Below, piece by piece: positions 9,471-17,685 of a stretch of 28,864 bases of DNA. How positions within the stretch are numbered: position 1 is the first letter of the stretch; each line of letters begins with the position of its first letter. The stretch comes from Candidatus Heimdallarchaeota archaeon (lineage in GTDB: Archaea > Asgardarchaeota > Heimdallarchaeia > Heimdallarchaeales > Heimdallarchaeaceae), in assembly GCA_019057815.1 (NCBI GenBank), contig JAHLWR010000032.1, positions 1 through 28,864 on the forward strand, read 5' to 3'. A model generated the notes under the pieces. The model was not told where the DNA came from. It searched no databases and saw nothing but the letters and a program-made list of their open reading frames with translations. The translations under genes and the position numbers were made by a program.

Positions 9471-9567
9471 TGGTGGGCCATGGCGGAGTTGAACCGCCGA
9501 CCTCACGGTACCTGCACGTCTGTTAGTATATCAGCCGTGCGCTCTAACCAAACTGAGCTAATGGCCC
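9471..9567 (-). tRNA. tRNA-Ile(GAT) with 19-nt intron at 37/38 (9510-9528) and encoded CCA
   Basis: Reverse complement folds as: acceptor GGGCCAT/ATGGCCC, D stem GCTC/GAGC, anticodon stem CACGG/CCGTG with loop CT-GAT-A[intron]A, T arm GGCGG-TTCAACT-CCGCC, then ACCA. Confidence 0.96.
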
Positions 9568-9596
9568 AAATTATCTGTTTTTCCCTTTCTTCTTTC

Positions 9597-9613
9597 TTTT
9601 AAAAATCTTTTCT
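9597..9613 (-). promoter_or_regulatory. Putative BRE/TATA promoter of tRNA-Ile
   Basis: Minus strand reads AGAAAAGA-TTTTTAAAA, about 30 nt upstream of the mature tRNA 5' end. Confidence 0.5.
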
Positions 9614-9757
9614 TATCTTTCTCTTTCTGTCCCTCTATTACAAGTTAATTATTCTATATGTAGCAATTATTTATTACGATGTTTTCCTTAACTCTAATTT
9701 ATCAGCTGATTACAGAAGAAATATGTGTTTCTGAAGGATTTGAAAGAGTAAAAATCT

Positions 9758-10516
9758 CTATATAACAAATAAAGAGGAATCAGGCTCTATTAAAGCGTAA
9801 AGGGTTTTAGGATTATATGCATAAGAAGCATAAATTGGAAAACCACGTTTAATAGTTTTCCAATTATTTTGTGGAGGTTCTAAACGTAGCATAGCAATCT
9901 CTTCAAAATTTTCATTGTATTCCCATTTTCCATCTGAAATTCGATAATAACAAGCACCTCTTGTTCTCTCAAATTCAACTTTTATCTCTTCTGCATTTCT
10001 TGCTCTGATTCTTGCAATTACAGTTTTTCTATCACTTGGGTTTATTATTGTTACTCCATAAGATGGGGGCACGAGCAAGATTTCAAATCTTTGAACTCGC
10101 AGCATCACTGCATCCTTTACTTTTTCATGTTTAGTTTCAGGCTTTTGAAGCAGGAATTCAGCATATCCTTCGGCAACTTGATATACTTCAGGATAATGGA
10201 AACCATTATCTGCAAAACTAGTATAATAGCTAATTGTTTTTGCACATTCATTCCCGAGAATTATTGGGTTAATCAGTAAAACATCAAATATTGCTAACTC
10301 CCAGACTTCTTTGTGTTCTATTGCTTTTACATCCTCATATATTTTGTAAATTTCAGTAACATTTTCATTTTCATCCCATTTCTCTTTTTTCAAATAGCTC
10401 TGAAGGTCTTTTATTTTCATGGAAAAAATGTTTTTCACAGAAATTTCATTTTCCTTATAGAATAGTTCATTTTCTTTTCTATCTATAGGTAAACCAATAT
10501 ATTCTCGAAGATTCAT
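9758..10516 (-). CDS. Cupin-type glucose-6-phosphate isomerase family homolog with degenerate metal site
   Basis: Scaffold motifs IYKIYED, INPIILGNECAKT, YPEVYQVAEGYAEFLLQK, VPPSYG.TIINP and GACYY. The GHxH motif and the distal His are substituted. Confidence 0.75.
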   Translation of the reverse strand: MNLREYIGLPIDRKENELFYKENEISVKNIFSMKIKDLQSYLKKEKWDENENVTEIYKIYEDVKAIEHKEVWELAIFDVLLINPIILGNECAKTISYYTSFADNGFHYPEVYQVAEGYAEFLLQKPETKHEKVKDAVMLRVQRFEILLVPPSYGVTIINPSDRKTVIARIRARNAEEIKVEFERTRGACYYRISDGKWEYNENFEEIAMLRLEPPQNNWKTIKRGFPIYASYAYNPKTLYALIEPDSSLFVI

Positions 10517-10534
10517 TGTAATCGCTCTTGTATT

Positions 10535-10798
10535 TTACAGGTCTTCAAAATATTCAATTCCCTCTTCTGTAATTTTCCAGCTATTTAGTATTCCAACCTT
10601 ATAAGTCTTCAAGTACCCTATTTCAGTTAATTTATCAAGTATATCTTGCAACATTTGCTGTTCTAATTTTTCACCAGATCTCATATACATGCTATTTAAT
10701 TGCATTAAAACATCAGCTATTGAAAGACCTCTTTTTGCAACACAAAATACATCTAAAACATCAATCCTAACTCGTTCTTTATCAAGCATATTCATCAC
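10535..10798 (-). CDS. Small winged-helix domain protein
   Basis: 87 aa with the wHTH pattern GLSIADV...LQDILDKLTEIGYL...WKITEEGIEYF. Alternative ATG starts at 10795 and 10789. Confidence 0.7.
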   Translation of the reverse strand: MMNMLDKERVRIDVLDVFCVAKRGLSIADVLMQLNSMYMRSGEKLEQQMLQDILDKLTEIGYLKTYKVGILNSWKITEEGIEYFEDL

Positions 10799-10976
10799 TG
10801 AAATATCAGGTTCTACATCTAAAAAATTTTCGCTATAAAATTGAACAGATGTTTTGAAAATCTCAACTATAAGAAAATAATAATAGTAACCACATTATCT
10901 CAAATTAGATCTGCAATACATCCAATAATTTATTAATTAAGCACGTTTCCAATATTTAGACCTAGAGGCGAAAGAA

Positions 10977-12242
10977 GTGGTTAAAGAAGACAAAGAGGAA
11001 AAAAGGTCATCTGTAGAACTTTATATGTTAAGGCAATCTATTAAAAGATTAGAACAAAAACGCAGTTTTAACATGAGTACATCACTTGTCACGCTTTATA
11101 TTCCACCAAAGACAAGATTATCCGACATAACCAACCAACTCCGTGATGAACTTGGAACAGCTACTAACATAAAAGATAGAAGCACAGGAAAAGCCGTTGC
11201 CGCTGCATTACAATCGATTATTAGCAGAATGAAAAATGTCATAAATGGAGAGAATGGGCTCGTTATCTATTGTGGGATGACAGGGCTCAATAACATGGAA
11301 TATCACCTAATAATTCCTCCTGAACCTGTAGGCATAAAATTATACATGTGTGACAACACATTTCATACTGATCATCTTAAAGAGATGCTCGAGCCAAAGA
11401 AAAAGTATGGGCTTATGATTGTTTCTAGAGGGGGCGCAACTTTCGCTACACTAACAGGTTCAACTCTAAACATCATTAAAAATGAGGATTCCTATGTTCC
11501 TAAGAAACATAAAATGGGAGGGCAGTCTCAAAGACGTTTTGAAAGATTAGTTGAAGAAGCTGCAACCAGATGGTATAACAAAATGGGAGAAATGATGAAC
11601 CAAATCTATCTGGAAGATTATCCTGTTGAAGCAATAGTTGTTGGTGGTCCCGCTATTTCAAACTCACAATACTTAGAAAGTAAATCAATAGATTACAGGA
11701 TTAAAGAGAAGGTTATTGGTATTTATGACGTGGGTTACACAGAGTATGCAGGAATTAAAGAACTAATGGGGCAAGCTCAAGATAAGCTAGCAGATTTTGA
11801 ATTGATTCAAGAAAGAAAATTAATGAACAGATTTTTAGAACATCTTGGTAAGGATACGGGTTTAGTTACATATGGTGAAAAAGCAGTAAGAGATGTTCTT
11901 GAGAAAGGGGCTGTTGACATCGTCCTTATTTCTGAACAGGTTGATAAAGTTAACATAACACTCAAGTGTAATGGTTGTAATCATTCATACACTGAAACAA
12001 TCATAACAAGCAAATATGATGAGTTCATAAAGAATTTATCAGATATGAAATGCTCAAAATGTGGTGGAACAAGAGTAGAAATCAAGAGTGAAAGCGATTT
12101 TGTGGAAGAAATTAACGAAATCGCAAAATCCTCAGGTGCTACAGTTGAAATGATAAGTTCATCACACGAAGATGGGGCGATTTTGTACAATACATTTGGA
12201 GGTATAGCAGCTATACTTCGATACAAGGTATTTGAGTACTAA
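10977..12242 (+). CDS. prf1: Peptide chain release factor aRF1
   Basis: Motifs SLVTLYIPP, TATNIKD (NIKS loop), YMCDNTF (YxCxxxF), KHKMGGQSQRRFER and FGGIAAILRY; C-terminal CxxC/CxxC minidomain. Confidence 0.97.
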   Translation: MVKEDKEEKRSSVELYMLRQSIKRLEQKRSFNMSTSLVTLYIPPKTRLSDITNQLRDELGTATNIKDRSTGKAVAAALQSIISRMKNVINGENGLVIYCGMTGLNNMEYHLIIPPEPVGIKLYMCDNTFHTDHLKEMLEPKKKYGLMIVSRGGATFATLTGSTLNIIKNEDSYVPKKHKMGGQSQRRFERLVEEAATRWYNKMGEMMNQIYLEDYPVEAIVVGGPAISNSQYLESKSIDYRIKEKVIGIYDVGYTEYAGIKELMGQAQDKLADFELIQERKLMNRFLEHLGKDTGLVTYGEKAVRDVLEKGAVDIVLISEQVDKVNITLKCNGCNHSYTETIITSKYDEFIKNLSDMKCSKCGGTRVEIKSESDFVEEINEIAKSSGATVEMISSSHEDGAILYNTFGGIAAILRYKVFEY

Positions 12243-12250
12243 CAAACAAA

Positions 12251-12940
12251 CTAGGAATCAATAATTATTGTTCCTATTTTATCTCCATCAACAATTTTCA
12301 GGATATTTTCAGGTTTTGAACCATCAGTAAAGATAAGAGTAATTTTAGATCTTTTTGCAATCTCACATCCAACTCTATCAAATAAGTCGTATTTCCCTGG
12401 CAAGGATTTTTGCTGATTAATTAGTTCTAATAAAACATCATATGTCATTTGATCAAATGGTCTGGCATCTGGATGTTCATCTGGATTTTTATCGTACACC
12501 TTTTTCACATTTGAGAGGTTTATCAGTAAGTCTGCTTCCCAAAATTCTGCAATTAGTGACGCTACTGCATTAGTTGACTGCCCTGGTTGAAGACCTCCAA
12601 CAATGACAATTTTATCAGTTGAAAGAGCCTTTCTTATTTCATCAAATGAGCGTGGAACAAGATGATATGCTTTATCTTTTAGTGATGCAACTAGAATTAA
12701 TGCATGAATGCGAGTAGCTTCAACACCCAAAATATCTTGATATGTTTGAGAAACATTTAATTTATTGCTTGCTTTTATTAAGATTTTTGCTAGTTTTCCT
12801 CCACCAACGACTACAGATACTTCGTTACCTTCATCAACAAGTTTGTTGATAACGTCTATATATCTCTTAACTAACCCTGTTTCCAGCTCTAAGCTGTTTT
12901 GATAGAGAAGAGATCCACCTATTTTCAGAACAACCTTCAT
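12251..12940 (-). CDS. pyrH: UMP kinase (archaeal type)
   Basis: Motifs VVLKIGGS, VVVGGG, DILGVEATR, GGLQPGQSTNAVA, VYDKNP and IGTII. Confidence 0.95.
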   Translation of the reverse strand: MKVVLKIGGSLLYQNSLELETGLVKRYIDVINKLVDEGNEVSVVVGGGKLAKILIKASNKLNVSQTYQDILGVEATRIHALILVASLKDKAYHLVPRSFDEIRKALSTDKIVIVGGLQPGQSTNAVASLIAEFWEADLLINLSNVKKVYDKNPDEHPDARPFDQMTYDVLLELINQQKSLPGKYDLFDRVGCEIAKRSKITLIFTDGSKPENILKIVDGDKIGTIIIDS

Positions 12941-13163
12941 TATTATCTCCTAACAAGTGTGTGTATGTTGAAATAAATAACATTTTCCTCTGATACTTAT
13001 AATTATAAAAACTACTATATTTTGTATGATTATCTCTTAATATATGCACTATAGCCATTTTTATGATTATTTGTTGGTCAATTTCAAAACATAAAGAAAA
13101 GTTTTAAAAAACAAGTTAATGTGAGATATTAATAACCATAAAAAAACATCGTTTTCGCAACAT

Positions 13164-13284
13164 GCGGGGATAGCCAAGCGGCCAACGGCGGCGGACTTAA
13201 GATCAAAGATATCCAAAGCATAAGGGCTAGATAAGTTATCCGTTCCTTAGTGGTTCGGGAGTTCGAATCTCCCTCTCCGCACCA
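13164..13284 (+). tRNA. tRNA-Leu(TAA) with 36-nt intron at 37/38 (13202-13237) and encoded CCA
   Basis: Acceptor GCGGGGA/TCTCCGC, anticodon stem GCGGA/TCCGT with loop CT-TAA-G[intron]A, long variable arm, T arm GGGAG-TTCGAAT-CTCCC, then ACCA. The BHB central helix is CTTA/TAAG. Confidence 0.96.
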
Positions 13285-13466
13285 AATCTATCTTTTACTC
13301 CAATCCTTAATAATGCAGAAAAAAGAATATAGAAGGCGTTTTACTTAATTTAACCTTTCGGTTTATCAATTCAACTTAGATATTACAAGACTTTAACCAG
13401 ATGATTAAAACGATATCCTAAATAATTAAGAAAAGCATTAAATAAAAGCTTGATAAACATAACATA

Positions 13467-14369
13467 GTGATGCAAATGAGTTACAAAGAAGTCAAAATGT
13501 ATGAAGAAATGCTTGAACTCCTTGAAGAAAGGCATAGTAACAGCGAAATTGATGAAGATAACTACAATGAACTTAAAAGTCGCTATTCCCAAAAGTTAGA
13601 AAGTGCAAAAAAGAGTCAAAAGGATCAAGAAAAAGCACCAAGTGTTCTCACAGCAGGTTTTAAATCTGAATCTGAAAGCGCAATATCAATTGCTGGTTCA
13701 GCTAAGTTTTCAGCTGGTGAAGTTGTTAAAGACATAAAGATTGCAGGCAGTGCAAAATTAGATGGAGATATTATTTGTAAAAAATTGAAAGTTGCGGGTT
13801 CAATAAAATCTAATGGAAACATTACAGCCCACGGTGATGTTAAGTGTGCAGGTTCATTTAAGTGTGAAGGATATTTACATGGTTTTGAAGACGCAAAATT
13901 TTCAGGTTCAGCTAAAATAGGTGGAGAGACCGTAATTCAAGGTAAAATAGGCGTTTCCGGTAGTTTTGAAAGTGGAAGCAATGTTCAAGCAGACAAGGGA
14001 GTAGGATTCTCTGGATCTGTAGCTATTGGAGGTAATTTAATATCTCAAGCAACCATAGAGGTTGAGGGAAAGATTATTGTAGATAACGATTTGGTTGCTG
14101 AAAATGTTTTCATAAACGAAAAAAAAGGTGTTCTAAGATCTAGAAGAAGTCTAAGAACATCAGAAATTTGTGGAAATGTATTTGCTACTGGTGAAATATT
14201 TTTAGCAAATATAGAAGTAAAAGGAGATGTCAAAGGAAGAAAAGTGACAATTGGACCCAGGACAAAAATCGGTGGAAACATCTATTATGTCGATGATCTT
14301 TTGCTAGAAAAGAAAATCGAACTAAAAAATGAACCAATTCAGATTACACTAGATCAATTGAAACTTTAA
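13467..14369 (+). CDS. Bactofilin/CcmA-like (polymer-forming cytoskeletal) beta-helix protein with N-terminal SHOCT-like helical hairpin
   Basis: Many ~17-aa repeats of the type I.IAGSAK..GD (KIAGSAKLDGDI, KVAGSIKSNGNI, KFSGSAKIGGET, GFSGSVAIGGNL) and a YhbE/YhbF-like ending VKGRKVTIGPRTKIGGNIYY. The true start may be ATG 13470 or 13476. Confidence 0.75.
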   Translation: MMQMSYKEVKMYEEMLELLEERHSNSEIDEDNYNELKSRYSQKLESAKKSQKDQEKAPSVLTAGFKSESESAISIAGSAKFSAGEVVKDIKIAGSAKLDGDIICKKLKVAGSIKSNGNITAHGDVKCAGSFKCEGYLHGFEDAKFSGSAKIGGETVIQGKIGVSGSFESGSNVQADKGVGFSGSVAIGGNLISQATIEVEGKIIVDNDLVAENVFINEKKGVLRSRRSLRTSEICGNVFATGEIFLANIEVKGDVKGRKVTIGPRTKIGGNIYYVDDLLLEKKIELKNEPIQITLDQLKL

Positions 14370-14418
14370 AGCACCTTTTCCTTATTTTTCTTCATTTTCA
14401 AGTTTATTGGTGATAATT

Positions 14419-14433
14419 AAAGTAGACTACTTT
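14419..14433. promoter_or_regulatory. Palindrome AAAGTAG-A-CTACTTT upstream of the 7TM-longin gene; candidate operator
   Basis: 7-bp perfect arms, seen directly, about 50 nt upstream of a TATA-like TTTTTATAT at 14482-14490. Confidence 0.3.
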
Positions 14434-14508
14434 CTGAGTATCATCAAAAACGAACCATTTTCACATGAAATTGCCCTTACATTTTTATATTTCAAATAAT
14501 TTAACTAG

Positions 14509-15609
14509 ATGGTTAGAATGACTAGAATGGAAACACAAGGGGACTTAATTGTAAAAATTATTCAAATTGCTTTTATGATCTTTGTACTTTCTATTTATTT
14601 ATATCGTCGCCAGAAGAAGAATACACGTGGTTATGAGTGGTTTATTGGAGCGGTCTCTTTTGGGTTATTACAAAGTTTAATTGAAATAATATTTTTCATT
14701 AAGGGGGACATACCAAATGAATCCGTTATTGCTCAAATTGATGGTATTCCCTATGCTATCTTACTTATGTTTTTATTATTGCATTTTGAATACTTTTTAG
14801 GTGTCAAATTTTACAACTTATTTATTGCATCTTCACTGATGGTTATATACGTTGCTACTTACTTTATTGAATTAAGTTTGGGCTTAGAATCAATCTTGGG
14901 AATAGATGTAAATAAAATGGTGTTCAATTTAGTTTTTTATATTTATCAATTGTATATTTTCATAGTATGCGTGATATCTAGCATTTATATGTTTGTAAAA
15001 ACGAGAAAAACTAAAGTCTGGCCACAAACATTAGTGTTTGCACTCAGTTTTATAGTAATGTTGGGTACCGCTATAACTGAACTTATTCAGAATTATGCTG
15101 GTTTCGAGTTTTATGGAGCAATAGGATTTGGAATAGCTATATTCATTCTATCACTTATTTATATTATTTTCAGATCCTTTGTGTATGTTTCAGCAACCCC
15201 CATCAATAGTTTTCTAATAGTACATAAAGATGGTTCTACATTGTTTGCTTGTGATTATGGAAAGAGGGGATCTCTTGTAGACAGCATTCTTGTTGGTGGC
15301 GGTATTTCTGCATTTGTCACTTTTCTCCGAGAAGTTACAAATATTAAGGATCAAAGTATTCAATCAATTGTACTAGATAAAAGCGCAATTATGGTTAAGG
15401 AACACAAAGAACTGTTTGGAGTACTATTCGCACCGAAACGTATGAAATTATTAGCTAATTCTATTGAGCATTTTACAATTGAATTCCACAAATGTTTTGA
15501 GAAAGAATTAAAAAACTTCAGAGGAAGCACTGGCGAATTCCGTAAAGCAGTTGATTTACTACCAAAAATATTTGTTTACCTAGATAAAGACAAACTCTAT
15601 CCTGTTTAA
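14509..15609 (+). CDS. Seven-TM membrane protein with C-terminal longin-like domain (Asgard type)
   Basis: Seven hydrophobic segments in aa ~12-221, then FLIVHKDGSTLF...LVGGGISAFVTFLREV...IQSIVL...F.IEFHKCF...L.NFRG.TGEF...IF, the pattern of Asgard longin-like domains. Confidence 0.75.
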   Translation: MVRMTRMETQGDLIVKIIQIAFMIFVLSIYLYRRQKKNTRGYEWFIGAVSFGLLQSLIEIIFFIKGDIPNESVIAQIDGIPYAILLMFLLLHFEYFLGVKFYNLFIASSLMVIYVATYFIELSLGLESILGIDVNKMVFNLVFYIYQLYIFIVCVISSIYMFVKTRKTKVWPQTLVFALSFIVMLGTAITELIQNYAGFEFYGAIGFGIAIFILSLIYIIFRSFVYVSATPINSFLIVHKDGSTLFACDYGKRGSLVDSILVGGGISAFVTFLREVTNIKDQSIQSIVLDKSAIMVKEHKELFGVLFAPKRMKLLANSIEHFTIEFHKCFEKELKNFRGSTGEFRKAVDLLPKIFVYLDKDKLYPV

Positions 15610-15742
15610 GGGAGCACTCAAACCAACAATCCATTTTTTGCTTCGTCTTCTTAAGTTTATTCGGTTAAATAATTGTATTAATAGAAAATTACAATAAATC
15701 AAAATATTCTTTAATATGTATATAAGTTTCAAATTGGTGTAG

Positions 15743-17083
15743 ATGTTAGGTAAACTTGGTTCCGCTCTAAACAATGCAATTAGCAAAGTAATTCGTGGAG
15801 GACCCGCGGATAAACAAGTAATTAAAGAACTGAAAAACGCATTGTTACGAGCATTATTAGAAGCTGATGTAAATTTTGATTTAGCAGTCAAAGTAGTTAA
15901 TGAAGTTGAGAGAAAATCTCTTGAGACAGAACTTCCTGATGGCCTTTCTAGAAAGAACAGTATTATCAGCGTTATTTATGATGAGTTAACAAGATTCTTG
16001 GGAGAAAAACATTATCCTTTAACATTACATCCCAATAAACCTACTCTTATTGAGCTAGTAGGAATCCAAGGTTCAGGAAAAACTACAACAGTAGCAAAAC
16101 TTGCTAAATACATAAAAAAGAGGGGGAAGAAGGTTGCCGTCGTTACAGCAGATAATTTCAGACCAGGAGCTTATGATCAATTAAAACAACTTTGCGCTCA
16201 AATTGAAATACCTGTATATGGTGACCCCAAAAATAATAATGCAGTAAAAATCGCAACAGATGGAGTAAAAAAATTTCTTTCTGAAAAATATAACGTTATC
16301 ATAATTGACACAGCAGGAAGGCACAAAGAGGAGAAGTCATTATTAAAAGAAATGAAAGTTATCACTAGCAAAGTCAACCCTGATGAAATAATTTTGGTAA
16401 TTGACGGTAATTTAGGTCAAGCCGCTTATTCACAAGCGCTCGCATTTGCTCAAAATACGCCCATAGGTTCTATAATTGTCACAAAGCTTGATGGTTCAGC
16501 AAAAGGAGGAGGAGCCCTTTCAGCAGCAGCTGCAACAAAAGCACCAATTAAGTTCATTACAGACGGAGAAGACATTGATTCTATAGAAGAATTCAACCCT
16601 AAATCATTTGTTGGACGATTAGTAGGAGTTGGCGATTTAGAAGGACTCCTGAAAGAAGTTCGAGACCTTGAGACTCTTCCTTCAAAAGAAGATGCTCTCA
16701 GTATGATGAGTGGAAAGATTTCCTATCGCCAGATGATGGAACTCCTAGACATGTTCTCAAGTACGGGAAAGATGAAAAGAATGCTTAGCATGGTTCCAGG
16801 CATTGGAGCGAATTTAGATGACAATATGCTCAACATGTCAAAAGAAAATATGCGAAAATACAAGGTAATCATGTCGTCAATGACTGATGATGAATTAGAT
16901 GGGAAAGCAAAACTTAACGCAAGCCGCATAAAAAGGATAGCACAAGGAAGCGGAAAAAACATTACTGAAGTTAAGGAGCTTATTACACAACACAAAACAG
17001 TCACAAGTTTAGTCAAGAAAATGAAACGTGGTCGAAGAGGTGGATTCAATATACCAGGCCTTCCACCAGGGATGATGGGCTAA
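15743..17083 (+). CDS. srp54: Signal recognition particle protein SRP54
   Basis: Motifs ALLEADVN, GIQGSGKTT, DNFRPGAYDQL, DTAGRH and TKLDGSAKGGGALS; M domain IMSSMT...SRIKRIAQGSG. Confidence 0.98.
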   Translation: MLGKLGSALNNAISKVIRGGPADKQVIKELKNALLRALLEADVNFDLAVKVVNEVERKSLETELPDGLSRKNSIISVIYDELTRFLGEKHYPLTLHPNKPTLIELVGIQGSGKTTTVAKLAKYIKKRGKKVAVVTADNFRPGAYDQLKQLCAQIEIPVYGDPKNNNAVKIATDGVKKFLSEKYNVIIIDTAGRHKEEKSLLKEMKVITSKVNPDEIILVIDGNLGQAAYSQALAFAQNTPIGSIIVTKLDGSAKGGGALSAAAATKAPIKFITDGEDIDSIEEFNPKSFVGRLVGVGDLEGLLKEVRDLETLPSKEDALSMMSGKISYRQMMELLDMFSSTGKMKRMLSMVPGIGANLDDNMLNMSKENMRKYKVIMSSMTDDELDGKAKLNASRIKRIAQGSGKNITEVKELITQHKTVTSLVKKMKRGRRGGFNIPGLPPGMMG

Positions 17084-17108
17084 ACTACTAGTAACTTTGA
17101 GAAAGCAC

Positions 17109-17684
17109 ATGTCAACACATTTTTTTGTGATCAAAACTCCTCCAATTAATTTTTCTAATAATGATATTTACAATCCCGATTTTTCATTTGGAGAAGCAAG
17201 TCAAGCTATTAAAGCAATATCTGACACATTTTTCCTCTCAAATGAATTTAGACATACTCACACACTGTATTTCCTTACAGAATATCTTGCAAAATCTTAC
17301 ATAATTACATTTAAAGGAACTAAAATTAGATATCTGGGACCAAGTTCTTATTCTTCGACTCATTTGCTACATCGGGCAATAAGAAATATTACAGATCCAT
17401 TTTCTAAGAGGGGAAAACTAACTCCAGGGATAAAGGTTAAACAAGCATCAATTAGATGGATTCAGAAAAAACACGAAAAAGATTATTTGATTAGAGTTAC
17501 AAAATCTCCCAAAATAGATAGACCCTCCTTCAATTTTTCTTTAAATTCTTCAATTGTGTGGTTTTTTGGTTATACAAAATCCAAGTCTGAATCAATAGTG
17601 TTTACAGATACTATATCTTGGGGATTATACGACATTGATGAGCAAGTAATTTTAACAAATCATTTCATCGACGGAGTCAATTAA
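17109..17684 (+). CDS. Divergent TrmY-like (tRNA m1-pseudouridine54 SPOUT methyltransferase) homolog
   Basis: Remnant TrmY motifs FFLSNEFR, ITFKGTKIRYLGP, LLHRAI, TPGIKV and ISWG...ILTNHFID; directly upstream of pus10. Alternative start TTG at 17097. Confidence 0.65.
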   Translation: MSTHFFVIKTPPINFSNNDIYNPDFSFGEASQAIKAISDTFFLSNEFRHTHTLYFLTEYLAKSYIITFKGTKIRYLGPSSYSSTHLLHRAIRNITDPFSKRGKLTPGIKVKQASIRWIQKKHEKDYLIRVTKSPKIDRPSFNFSLNSSIVWFFGYTKSKSESIVFTDTISWGLYDIDEQVILTNHFIDGVN

Positions 17685-17685
17685 T

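Noticed and set aside
13202-13237. tRNA-Leu intron as a possible box C/D guide RNA
   Set aside because: It has no RUGAUGA or CUGA boxes and is too short.
13285-15742. Genes after tRNA-Leu as an integrated mobile island
   Set aside because: No integrase, no duplicated tRNA 3' end (att site) seen, and no obvious composition shift.
16550-16573. SRP54 closing loop reads FITDGE rather than the usual FxGxGE
   Set aside because: All other GTPase motifs are intact; likely tolerated lineage drift.
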